DNA from: Octopus bimaculoides
Taxonomy: Eukaryota
Assembly: GCF_001194135.2 (NCBI RefSeq)
Contig: NC_068986.1
Span: 23,853,887-23,906,971, forward strand
DNA: 53,085 nucleotides
Reading direction: 5' to 3'
How positions within the stretch are numbered: the stretch's first letter is position 1; each line of letters starts with the position of its first letter. The notes under the pieces were generated by a model that was not told the DNA's origin, made no database searches, and saw nothing but the letters and a program-made list of their open reading frames with translations. The position numbers were made by a program, and so were the translations under genes. Shown here piece after piece: positions 12,436 to 23,907 of the stretch.

Positions 12436-12660
12436 GGCAAAAACGTTAGCGCGCCGGGCGAAATGCTTAGCGGTATTTCGTCTGCCGTTACGTTCTGAGT
12501 TCAAATTCCGCCGAGGTCGACTTTGCCTTTCATCCTTTCGAGGTCGATAAATTAAGTACCAGTTACGTACTGGGATCGATGTAATCGACTTAATCTGTTT
12601 GTCTGTCCTTGTTTGTCCCCTCTATGTTTAGCCCCTTCTGGGCAATAAAGAAATAAGATG
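12436..12660 (+). mobile_element. SINE family B, tail variant 1
   Basis: Nearly full copy with the same tail as 5865-6092. Confidence 0.92.
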
Positions 12661-12869
12661 ATATACAATTTTGTTCATACTGAATCTAAAATCGTATTTC
12701 TTTAAAGCGAACTCTCATTTTTACATTCAATTTTTTTTAAACGAGCTTTCATTTTTACATTCATTAAATTTTGCTTTATCGATGACTACGCAGGAGAAAA
12801 ACCAACACCCATGACCGTTTTGTGAGCATCTATGGCATGTAGAAGGAGGTCAGGGCGTTGTTCTCATAC

Positions 12870-12904
12870 CGGAGACTCGTCTTGAATGGCACCACTACCA
12901 ATAT
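12870..12904 (-). CDS. candidate internal exon (35 nt)
   Basis: Acceptor ttattctgtttgacag| and donor CCG|gtatga. Phase 0 gives ILVVVPFKTSL, phase 1 gives (D)IGSGAIQDESP. Confidence 0.25.
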
Positions 12905-13480
12905 CTGTCAAACAGAATAATTTAAATTTGAAATGTTGTGCTAATTTGGAAGAATTTTCAGTGAATAAAGTGGCTTATTAGAATTAATATTAGTCTTTCT
13001 GCTGCGTGCTTTGCATAATTATGAATGCTGACATAATAATCAAGTGTGAACATTATCGCTGCATAAAATATTTCAGGAAGTTGTTTGCTTGCAACATGCC
13101 AGCTAATTTTAACATCAAACTTTGTTACATCAGAACACAAATAATATAGTTGCTGTTGTTTAGCGCCATAACAAGCATAATTCAGAAGCCTCATATTTAA
13201 AGCTTCCCTTGTAGTAACCGTTCCGGGGATTTCTTTTTCTATTTTTTGTTTTTTTTGTTTTTTGGTTTTGAATATCTAGGACTACATTGTCTAATCTTTC
13301 TTTATTTTTTAGACGGTAACACATGATTTGAAACAAATTTTGCTGCTGTAGCTAAAAGAACGAATGGATATGTATATACTCAATCATTTCCTTGTCGACT
13401 ATTGACATAATGAGTGATTATTTTTTCTATAGAATGAAAAGGAACGTACTTATAGAAACGGCAATAACTGGTGGAATATT

Positions 13481-13694
13481 CTATTCTACTCTAGGCACAA
13501 GGCCCGAAATTTTGGGGGAAGGGGCCAGCCGATTAGATCGACCCCAGTGTGCAACTGGTACTTAATTTATCGACTCCGATAGGATGAAAGGCAAAGTCGA
13601 CCTCGTCGGAATTTGAACCCAGAACATAAAGACAGACGAAATACCGCTAAGCATTTCGCCCGGCGTGCTAAAGTTTCTGCCAGCTCACCGCCTT
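13481..13694 (-). mobile_element. SINE family B, tail variant 2, full length with 17-bp TSD
   Basis: Flanked by ATAACTGGTGGAATATT at 13464-13480 and 13695-13711. Confidence 0.95.
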
Positions 13695-14241
13695 ATAACT
13701 GGTGGAATATTAACACTCTTACCATATTTCTGTTAAAACACACTGCATTTGTATCAATTGATTTTACGTATAATGAAAAATTTAGTAAATTAACTGCTGT
13801 GATCATGAAGCTAATATTTGGAACATTGCACAAAATTACGATGGTAGTTTTAATTTAGATAATTTTGAAACAGGAAATTCGCATCATTGAATCAGAAGCG
13901 ATCTTATATGGACTAGTAACAAAAAAAGTGAGGAACGTTTTTTTTTTTCTGAGTTTATGGAAAATCTCATTTTAAAAAAAAGACTTTCTATTCCATGCAT
14001 TAGACATTCCGTCTGTATTTATTTTGAGTATACCAAGCTTTCCCGAAATACTTTTTCCCAAACATAGCATAGTATATTGCGACATTGCTATAATCTCTGC
14101 TTAGTATTATTCTTTCTTTAGATAATGGGTGTATGACTATAAAACAAGGCATTGAAGTGAATGTTTTACGATATCTAGTGTCGAATCACACTGTTGGTTT
14201 TCCAAATACTATTAGTCTCTGTTCATTTCAGTCTCACATAC

Positions 14242-14325
14242 CTCCATTTCCAAGAATGATTGTAGCAGTAATATTCTGGACTGATGCATCTTGATATAGT
14301 TATCTACAAATGTCACCATATCACT
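14242..14325 (-). CDS. candidate internal exon (84 nt)
   Basis: Acceptor ttctactctccacgctag| and donor GAG|gtatgt. Only phase 0->0 is open (SDMVTFVDNYIKMHQSRILLLQSFLEME). Confidence 0.28.
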
Positions 14326-14423
14326 CTAGCGTGGAGAGTAGAATGTATTATCAAAAATATTCCATGGGTATAGTGTTTAGTAGCATTGAAATATATTAGA
14401 AAATATATGTGCTAGTATACATA

Positions 14424-14479
<56 letters not shown>

Positions 14480-14548
14480 CACATAAATTCATACATACAT
14501 GCATAAATACAATACACACACACATATAGATTTATACCCACACATACA

Positions 14549-14581
<33 letters not shown>

Positions 14582-14676
14582 GTGTGTATATAAATGTAAG
14601 CGAGTCGAAATTGTCATTCGATAATCTCATACTTTTATTCCCCTTGACAATGCAGATCATCCATGGGTACCAAAAG

Positions 14677-14795
14677 TAAAGACCTCCTTCGGTCATGAAT
14701 GACTATGGGATTGCACCTAGAAAGTTACTCTCTGCGGCATATACCAGCCTCCTCTCTCCACGTCACCGATGTTATCCAAAGGAAAGCAAAGTGTG
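14677..14795 (-). mobile_element. SINE family C 3' part (internally deleted)
   Basis: Reverse complement ...aactttctaggtgcaatcccatagtcattcatgaccgaaggaggtcttt matches 10800-10850. Confidence 0.75.
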
Positions 14796-15515
14796 AAACT
14801 GGCGCAAAGTGAAATAAAGTGACAATACACAACCATATGCGTGAACCGAACTCACTAGCTCATGATTGTTAGCCAGACGCTCTAGCTACTGATCAATGTG
14901 TCTGCACAGTATCCAATGGATAGTATCCAATGACTAATAGTAAATAAGATTGAAAACTCATAAACAGAAACCACTCACACAAACACACGCAAACATAGAC
15001 AGAGACACACTTACACATACAGACGCACAATCTCATGTACACACGCACAGGTATATATTTACGTGTGTATATATATATGCTCCTCTGCTTAACAGCTTAT
15101 CCTAACACGTCATAAAATATAATGTTACATATGAGAGAACATAGTTTCTCTCTCACACGGAAAATGTGTTTCTTTATTCATCTCTTAAAGCTGTCATTAG
15201 ACGTCTTTCGTTTCATGTTCGTTTGATGGGGATATTCTAGTTGAAAATGTTCTTAGTCTAAGAGTATATGCCATGTAATACTTGGTGTCAATACAGAGTA
15301 ATAATAACGACGCCCAACAGTTATATTATGATGTATTTGATAACTATTGAAATCTTATATTTTATCAGAGATATATTACTTGTTGTAACTCTTGTCAGCT
15401 TTCGACAACAATGGCCCTCACCTAGAGAAGATGACTTGAATTCATATTCGTTTTAAATCACGAATATCACTTCTCTTATACTATGTGTTTACACAGTAAA
15501 CAACGCTCTGTCTTT

Positions 15516-15764
15516 TCTTCGAGGAAGAAACGAAAGAGAAGTGTACATATGTATGTATGAATGTGTGTGTGTGTATATGTACGTATGTTTGTGTGTGTAT
15601 ATATATATATATAACATGTGATATGTCTTCGAGGAAGAAATGAAAGAGACGAGTATATATGTATGTATGAATGTGTGTGTGTGTATATGTACGTATGTTT
15701 GTGTGTGTATATATATATATATAACATGTGATATGTCTTCGAGGAAGAAATGAAAGAGACGAGT
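15516..15764. repeat. 110-bp tandem repeat running into a gap
   Basis: tcttcgaggaagaaa starts at 15516, 15626 and 15736. Confidence 0.92.
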
Positions 15765-15874
15765 NNNNNNNNNNNNNNNNNNNNNNNNNNNNNNNNNNNN
15801 NNNNNNNNNNNNNNNNNNNNNNNNNNNNNNNNNNNNNNNNNNNNNNATATATATATAATATGTTATGTATATAT

Positions 15875-16198
15875 TTTATTTCTTTGTTTCAGCTCAGAGC
15901 TGCGGCCATTCTGGGACACCGCCGTTTTGCTACACTGTTATTATTGAGAGCCTCCTCTAATATGTGGCATTTCGTGAATAAGGGAGTTCTCTGTGGCTAA
16001 CCTCATTTGCAGCTCTTGCCGCGAGGTAGGCTCATCTGGGACTCTCGACAGGAAGAGAACCAGTTTTGAGTTGAAAACACCTACATCCAGTTTGTGTTGT
16101 TCACTCAGCCTCTTTATGAGAATACGAAAAACTGTGGGCACCTGAAACACAGGCAGTAGCAGTAACTAGTCATGAAGTGCGATGGCATTGCTGGGTAC
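15875..16198 (-). mobile_element. 5'-truncated CR1/Jockey-group LINE, 3' end (RT C-terminus plus 3' UTR)
   Basis: PAMPSHFMTSYCYCLCFRCPQ / ILIKRLSEQHKLDVGVFNSKLVLFLSRVPDEPTSRQELQMRLATENSLIHEM matches the GP.LFN.LP..LR......F K.KLD.FL..VPDEP....RA..NSL ending of CR1-like ORF2. The clade assignment is tentative. Confidence 0.75.
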
Positions 16199-17009
16199 TT
16201 TGTGTATACACATACACACATATATATGAGGACGATCGAGAAAGAGAAAGAAGGGGAAGGGGAGGAGAGAGTATGATGAGATGGAGGAGAAATAACAATA
16301 TGTGTTGACCACATGATTATGTTTTGGTTATTTATTTAGATTGACACATAAAACTAAATCATTTCTGCAGTACTGTTCAGAATCTGTTAAAACTTTTTTA
16401 AGTTGTCTATTGGATAGAAAACGTTAGAAGAAATTTAATTTTATAGGTTGTGCAGGTCTGTAAAGGTTTGATCCCCTTCAGTAGTTTACGAAATACATGG
16501 AGTTAAGATGTCAGAAATCGAACTGACAGTTGAATCATCTGGGCCTAATGAATGTTCAGAATAACGTCGGTTGTCTTAGAAAAGACGAAATGGTTTTAGG
16601 AATGTCAAAACAACATTCGGTTACGAACTTCTACCAGTATTTTGTTAATGACTGTTTTATTACATTGAAAGAGGACACTCCTGTTTCATGATGTGTAAAA
16701 AAAAGATAATAAATAAAGAGGACTGATGGAAAACAACGTATTTTCTTTTCTCTGTATTTTTTCAAACATATATCGTTTGAAAGTTGCTGTCACGTGAATG
16801 ATGGATTTATATTATTTCAACCTCAAGTAATGCGCAGGCTCGGTGAAATGTGTGCAGAGCAGAACAATTTACTGAGCTGATTATGTTCCATTATCAAATT
16901 CAAAATAATCAACCTAGTTCCAGGATCAACTTTCACATCCATATTTCGGGGTCTTTAGAATAAAATGCCAAGCGCTATAACACTAATATAAAACGCGAGT
17001 TATTGTAGT

Positions 17010-17517
17010 AACTCTTTTACTCTTTTACTTGTTTAAGTCATATGACTGCGTCCATGCTGGAGCACCGCCTTTGGTCGAGCAAATCGACCCCAGGACTTAT
17101 TCTTTGTAAACCTAGTACTTATTCCATCGGTCTGTTTTGCCGAACTGCTAAGTTACGGGGACGTAAACATACCAGCATCGGNNNNNNNNNNNNNNNNNNN
17201 NNNNNNNNNNNNNNNNNNNNNNNNNNNNNNNNNNNNNNNNNNNNNNNNNNNNNNNNNNNNNNNNNNNNNNNNNNNNNNNNNNNNNNNNNNNNNNNNNGGG
17301 GGGGGGGGGGACAAACACATGCACACAAACTTACACACACACATACATATATACATATACATATATACGACGGATCTTTTTCAATTTCCGTCTACCAAAT
17401 CCACTCACAAGGCTTTGGTCGGCCTGAGGCTCTTGCCCAAGGTGCCACGCAGTGGGACTGAACCCAGAACCATTTGTTTGGAAACAAGTTACTTACCACA
17501 AAGCCACTCCTGCGCCT
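17010..17517 (-). mobile_element. SINE family A, full length (gap in internal microsatellite)
   Basis: Head GGCGCAGGAGTGGCT.TGTGG (A-box) and GGTTCAGTCC (B-box). Tail GGCGGTGCTCCAGCATGG..GCAGTC...AAACAAG(TAAAAGAG)n. Confidence 0.93.
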
Positions 17518-18386
17518 TAGGAAATTAAAAAGTGTCTACGTAACTGATGACTGGAACTAAAAAAATAAAACAAAAATCAAACAAAAAGCGCATCGTTTTT
17601 CACCAGGTGCCAAACTGACGCAAGTGGCTTCTCTACATGGCGATCACTGAAGATACCTCAAGGAACGATCGAGAATACCTATTCACATGTCAATGATCAG
17701 AAGATAATCGTGACCTGTGTCGCCTTCTCGTCTCATATTGAGTGGATCACCATTATTTCTTTTGTTCCTTGTTACAAAATTTACGTGCGTTTATCTTAAT
17801 ATAAATTATGGGGACCTATATTCCACACAAGAATTCTACTTTGCTAGTTGTTTGTGATAAGTAGTTTTCTATGTTATTTTCAACAATTTCACCATAAAAC
17901 TGTTTGGTGCTGAAATCACGATCTTTGTTTTGTTCAATAAATCATTGTCGATTGTCATAAAGCCGGATTTTTTCCATTTAACAATTTAGAGCGGATTTCT
18001 CCAATTCAGGCTTTCTTTCATTTCGGACAGTTATTTTATTATTTCATATTTCTGTATTATATATACCTCACCTTTTGTCTAGTTGTGTCGTTTTATTATT
18101 GACTTCATAACAGATTATCTTTTCTCTTTGTTGCATATCTTTCTGTATGTTTTGTTTCCCATTCTTTGTATTTGGGATTTCGGCTTTCATATTCCTATAT
18201 GAACAGACCTAACCGAATACATATCCACCTTTGTAACAACAGTGGCAGGTGCATATATTATTTCGTTCAATCTGGTGACATGATGCATATATTCTATTCT
18301 ATTTTCACATACCTTTTTATGAACCGATTTATGCTATTTTCGAGGGAATACTGTTGTCTCACATAAATATGAACAAACGGATTTTA

Positions 18387-18594
18387 TACTCTTTTACTGT
18401 TTCAGCCATTTGACTGCGGCCATGCTGGAGCACCGCCTTTAGTCGAGCAAATCGACCCCTGGACTTATTCTTTGTAAGCCTAGTAATTATTCTGTCTTTC
18501 TCTTTTGCCGAAACGCTATGTTATAGGGACGTAAACATACCAGCATCGGTTGACAAGCGATATTGGGAGGACAGACACAGACACACAAACATAT

Positions 18595-18625
<31 letters not shown>

Positions 18626-18880
18626 NNNNNNNNNNNNNNNNNNNNNNNNNNNNNNNNNNNNNNNNNNNNNNNNNNNNNNNNNNNNNNNNNNNNNNNNATA
18701 TGTGTATATATACGAGGGGCTTCTCTCAGTTTTCGTCTACCAAATCCACTCACAATTCTTTGGTCGGCCCGAGGCTATAGCAGAAGACACTTGCCCATGG
18801 TGCCATGTAGTGGGATGGATTGAACCCAGAACCATGTGGTTGATAAGCAAGCTACTTACCACACAGCCACTCCTACGCCT
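18387..18880 (-). mobile_element. SINE family A, full length (gap in internal microsatellite)
   Basis: Same consensus as 17010-17517. Confidence 0.93.
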
Positions 18881-19035
18881 ATATTGTAGAAGAGTCATGG
18901 TCCAAATCTTTTTGATGCAAGGAATAGTTATTCCTTGCAAAACACCGTTGCAATCATGCATTGTAGTTGAGGTATCAGCTGGGGTGGATATGACGATGAA
19001 GACAATGAAATGATGGTATCATCGTTGGTGCATAC

Positions 19036-19062
19036 CGTCTTTCCTTTGACATAGTTACTGTC
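19036..19062 (-). CDS. candidate microexon (27 nt)
   Basis: Acceptor tctctgcacttgacccag| and donor ACG|gtatgc. Phase 0 gives DSNYVKGKT. Confidence 0.15.
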
Positions 19063-19547
19063 CTGGGTCAAGTGCAGAGATAAGAGTAATAGTGCAGATG
19101 AGAGTCGTTGACTTTTGCTATGCTTAATGAAATATAGCTTCAAGTATATGGATTTGCAGAGCTAAATTTAATCTCTGTAGATAAGCGATTGCTTATTGTG
19201 TAAACACATGAATTAAGAGAAATGATATTCGTTATTTAGAACAAATATGAATCCTAAGTTATGTTCTCTAGGCAAGGGACATTGATGTCGAAAGCTGACA
19301 AGAGTTACAAGTAATATACCTCTGAGAAAATATAAGATTTCAATTGGAGGGACAAGACTTTGATTGAAGCTTTGCTTATGGATTACTCTGTGTCTTCAAT
19401 TTGCGAACCTCAACTCCGTTTTATGGCTTTCAATCGTTTTGTTGCTTTTAAATTGTTTTGCCTTCTATTTTTACTCGACTTAAACTGCTCCAACTAGTTC
19501 TGAACATCTTAAACACCCGGGAGTCATACAAATTTATTGTTATTTAT

Positions 19548-19564
19548 TCTTCTTCTTCTTCTTA

Positions 19565-19629
<65 letters not shown>

Positions 19630-19678
19630 GTCGTTGTTGCCGTGGTGTTGGTTGTAGTTATCGTCGTCGTTGTCGTCG

Positions 19679-19714
<36 letters not shown>

Positions 19715-19808
19715 CCACCACTACCACCACCACCACAACCATCACCATCATTATCATCATCATCATTATCATGATCATGATCATCATCATCATCAGCATC
19801 ATCACCAC

Positions 19809-19843
<35 letters not shown>

Positions 19844-19872
19844 CCACCACTACCACCACCACCACCACCACC

Positions 19873-19954
<82 letters not shown>

Positions 19955-19978
19955 CATAAGTAGTAGTAGTAGTAGTAA

Positions 19979-20017
<39 letters not shown>

Positions 20018-20042
20018 CAGTAGCAGCAGGAGCAGCAGCAGT
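19548..20042. repeat. composite trinucleotide array (TCT/TAT/CGT/CAT/CAC/TAT/TAG/CAG blocks)
   Basis: Directly visible. It explains the overlapping homopolymer-run ORFs at 19458-20060. Confidence 0.95.
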
Positions 20043-20509
20043 AATATTTCTGTCAAATAGAGATAATCGTTTGACTACCGTTGCAAAGAATTTGTTTGTT
20101 ATTTTTTCTACGCAATTTAATTAAAATAAATATAATTTCATTAACAATATTGCCATCAGGGAACCTGTCTCCAAAAACTCGTCTCGAATATTTCTGCAGA
20201 AATTTAGGTTGGTCATTTTGAAACATTTTAATTATAAATTTGTTGTGTTTACATATAACCTATAACGCCTAATAGTGACCAGAGAGAAACCCCCACGAGG
20301 AACTCAATTGAATGTAACAACAATGAAAGCAACAAAATAAAGAGAAAATAAATCCAAATTTAATGACTCGGAAAAACATTAACGTTTTTAGAAAAAGGAA
20401 AAAGAAAAAAAAAATGATATCTTGACAGAAAGCATTAATATTAGTTCCAATGCTCGAAGTGGTAGAGAAATCAACAGCATCAATGTCAGCAGCGTTACCA
20501 TTATTAGTA

Positions 20510-21160
20510 ACAACATGAACGACAGCAGCAGCAGCAGCAAGAATAACTACAGCAATAACGAAAAAATAGCAACAACAACAACAACAACAACAGCAACAGC
20601 AACAACAGCAGCAGAGGCAACAACAGCAGTAGCAAAAAAAAATAGCAGCAGCAACAAAAGCAGCAGCAGCAACATCAACAGAGCAACAATAACAACAGCA
20701 ACAACATCAAAAGCAACAGCAACAACAACAGTAGCAGCAGCAACAAAATCATCAGCAGCGGCAACAGCAGCAGCAGCAACAACAGCAGCAATAGCAGCAG
20801 CAACACCAACAACGGCAGCAACAACAACAGCAGCAGCTGCAACAACAACAGCAGCAGCAGAAGCAGTGGCAACAGCAGCGGCAACAGCAGCAGCAGCAGC
20901 AGTGGCAACAGTAGCAGCAGCAACAAAATCAGCAGCAGCGGCAACAACAGCAGAGCAACAACAACAGCAATAGCAACAACAGCAAGGCCAATAACAACAA
21001 CTACAACAACAACAACAACAACAACTACAACAACAGCAACAACAACACAAACTACTGTAAAAGCAGTAACAGTAAGAACGTCATAAACAACAACATCAAC
21101 AAAAAAAACGAGAAGTAATATTAAAACCAACAATAACAACAACAGTAACACGACCACCCC
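20510..21160. repeat. degenerate (CAG/CAA/GCA)n triplet array
   Basis: Directly visible. It explains ORFs 20422-20973, 20547-21050 and 20675-21184. Confidence 0.95.
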
Positions 21161-21335
21161 CACCAACAACAGGGAGAAGAACATGAAACGACATGATTAA
21201 TAAAAAAGACTGGAAATGCAGAGACGCTTATTGGCGCAGCCCCTGCGTTGAAAAACCAATTGTTAGTCAAAAGAGGAATCGGGTTGGCGAGGGAAGAATT
21301 GTCGTGAAGTGTCAAAGAAGACTGCGTCCACTTAC

Positions 21336-21461
21336 CAGTATTTGTTCAGGAACGAGATGATTTGAACGCCTGAATCTTTTGGAAACAAGGCAAGTGTTTA
21401 TGCGCCCTTGAAAAAATCCAAGTGGACGAAACCCTCGCCAATGTGTGCAATGTTGCACATC
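21336..21461 (-). CDS. candidate exon (126 nt)
   Basis: Donor CTG|gtaagt and acceptor ccatattccacccatctcgatag|. Only phase 0->0 is open (DVQHCTHWRGFRPLGFFQGRINTCLVSKRFRRSNHLVPEQIL). It could instead be a non-coding (UTR) exon. Confidence 0.3.
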
Positions 21462-22127
21462 CTATCGAGATGGGTGGAATATGGAGAAGTATCACCTTGG
21501 TTTTCCAGGCCGAGGGTGTAATGCGCACATAGAACAATAGAGAGAAGTGACAGTCATTGTTATCGTCTGCTATATTTGCTCTTGGCTTGTTGTCACTTTG
21601 TAATACAATGTGCCTAATGTGGCATATGCTTAGTTATCGAAAATTGATATGGGGCGGAAATCATTCGGTAGCCTGAATGACTGCTGAGTGCTTCGGGGAC
21701 ATTCTGCTTCTAACACTTTCGAGGGTACAGAAATAAAAGCAACAATACTGGTGCTCCAGAACAGACACGCTATCTATTACGTTTCCAGTAGTAAAATCGT
21801 TGAATGTTTTCTGCCATTTGGAATTCGATATGGCAGAGAAAGAAAAAAAGAAAACAAAAAGAAAGAAGAAATAAAAGAGAGAGAAAGAAAGACAGAAACT
21901 GAGAGAGAGAGAGATAGGGTATGTGTGTGCTTGTGTGTTTGTGTGCCGCAACTAGTCGTAGTCTTTAGCCAGTTCAATGCAGGAGAAAGAAACTCATCCA
22001 TTTCTCAGTATCCATGTTCTAGTGTTAGTGATATTGAGAAAGTATCGATTGCATTTGATTCCATTGCGGTTTTCTCCGGAGCACGACTATGACACACTCG
22101 AACCAGTAGTGGGAGCAGTCAAGAGCC

Positions 22128-22571
22128 TCATTTACGCGTGCTGCCGTCTTTCGTCAGCTCTTTGCGTCCTGTTTTTCCTTTTCCTCCAGGCAAGGTCCTT
22201 AAGTGACCATTAATACCACAAGTGTTAGATCTAGGGCTCTGATTTAGAGACACCAAACTTGTTCGCTTTCCTTTCCATTGCCCGTATTTCCTACCGAGCA
22301 ATTGGAATTCAGAGATTTTCGCAAAATATTCACAGGACTGATAAGTGTATGTTGTATCGACGCCCCCAGGCGAAGAAGAAGGATCTCCCAAGACATATAG
22401 ATAGAGGTAGTCTGGCCGTGGTAGGAGTGATGAGTAGCAGTCGAGTAGCAGTTGTGTAGCGGTTGAGTAGAGATCATCCGAAGGCTCTAGATAGCAGTAG
22501 CGTTGAGACATAACAGTGTACAAAACCAATCGAAGGAGAAAGAAAGGAATGAGACGAAATGTGTTGATCAT
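22128..22571 (-). CDS. hypothetical 147-aa ORF in non-repetitive sequence
   Basis: Longest gap-free, non-microsatellite ORF in the track, lying in a G+C-richer unique block. No motif recognised. Confidence 0.15.
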   Translation of the reverse strand: MINTFRLIPFFLLRLVLYTVMSQRYCYLEPSDDLYSTATQLLLDCYSSLLPRPDYLYLYVLGDPSSSPGGVDTTYTYQSCEYFAKISEFQLLGRKYGQWKGKRTSLVSLNQSPRSNTCGINGHLRTLPGGKGKTGRKELTKDGSTRK

Positions 22572-23754
22572 GAATATAATCCCTGACTTTTGGAGCTCCC
22601 ATGTAACAGAGCGTTAATAAAAGAAAAAAACACGAGCAGTATATGAAATACAACTATGTAATTATGTTGACATTTCAAATAACATATAAAAGATTTCAAG
22701 CAGCGTGCAATATCAAACTTTGTTTTATGAAATTGTATCATTCAAGTTATTTAGTACATCTCATGAATAGTAACAAAATTGACTTTCTTAAATTACAGTC
22801 TTGCATAGTATGCTGTGTTCGTAATAGCATTGTACAAGTATGACTATCATTTGAATATAATAATATAAAACGAAATTGTCAGAAAATTTATATTAGGTAC
22901 ACATAAGAAAGTGAAGATGCTATATTAATGAAGACAGTAGTGGCTCTCTTAGGAGTGAATTACAAACACGAACGTGTATAATAGTAGTTTAAAAATCATA
23001 CAGATAGCAAGTGAATGTATTTTAGGATCTCCAGAACGAGTTATTATCGAGATAATTTGTGCCAAGTGATAGCGTTGAATCGATTGGATTTAAGAAAAGG
23101 AAACGCAGCCAAATGAAGTATGAATTAAATGACGACAAAATTGAAAAGCGAGATGTAGACTATTGAAAGAAATGCAAATGATAGTGTAAGAAAGTAAAAG
23201 TTACAAATGTAAATTACTTCACTTGAGAATAATGTTTGCACTAGGTAGTATATAAAATTTGGTGAAACCAAGAATGATGATGACTCATTGAATATAATCA
23301 GTACACCATTCATCGATTTTATTTTTCTTTTGGCATTAAAAAAAAAATTGATGCTGCATACGCTTTTGAATCAGTTGGCAAACATTTTGAAACTAATTAC
23401 GAATCTACCTTCGACTTGCTCATCTTGCATGATCCTCACGCGCGTTTACAAATAAAAAAGAAAAGAAACGATGATTGATCTCACTAACTTCCTACGTTAT
23501 TTAACTTATATAAAATATCAATTTCTTTGAAAATACGGATATGAAACTTTTTCAGTAATACCTACTGCCTTCTTTCATACGCACGCACACGCACACGCAC
23601 GCACACACACACACACACACACACATACACACACACACACACACACATAAATATACACACATATTTCATTAGTATCTACTCACATACACAAACGCTCGAA
23701 TGAACACACACATGCACGCACGCACTCACGCACTCACACACACAAATATATATA

Positions 23755-23881
23755 CAGGGTGTCCACAAAGTCTGGGTACATGGAGTTAATAAAATCATAA
23801 CATAAACAATTAAATATAAGAAATAATAATTTCTTAAAGTATGTGCTAATCCCCATGTACCCAGACTTTGTGGACACCCTG
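23755..23881. mobile_element. Tc1/mariner-type MITE (127 bp)
   Basis: Perfect 29-bp TIRs CAGGGTGTCCACAAAGTCTGGGTACATGG / CCATGTACCCAGACTTTGTGGACACCCTG, with TA on both sides. Confidence 0.95.
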
Positions 23882-23907
23882 TATAGTGGTGTTTTTGTTT
23901 GTGCGTA

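Noticed and set aside
17585-17760. RTE-like 3' end or homeobox-like start
   Set aside because: The homeobox resemblance vanished on exact translation. The RTE resemblance (EDTSRND...DNRDLCRLLV) is too weak to call.
19458-21184. Poly-His, poly-Ile, poly-Met/Val, poly-Ala/Thr and poly-Cys ORFs as real proteins
   Set aside because: Several frames on both strands are open at once, which is the signature of triplet microsatellites. No flanking domain or splice support.
21231-21250. TTGGCGCAGCC as an LTR primer-binding site
   Set aside because: No adjacent LTR and no gag/pol similarity downstream.
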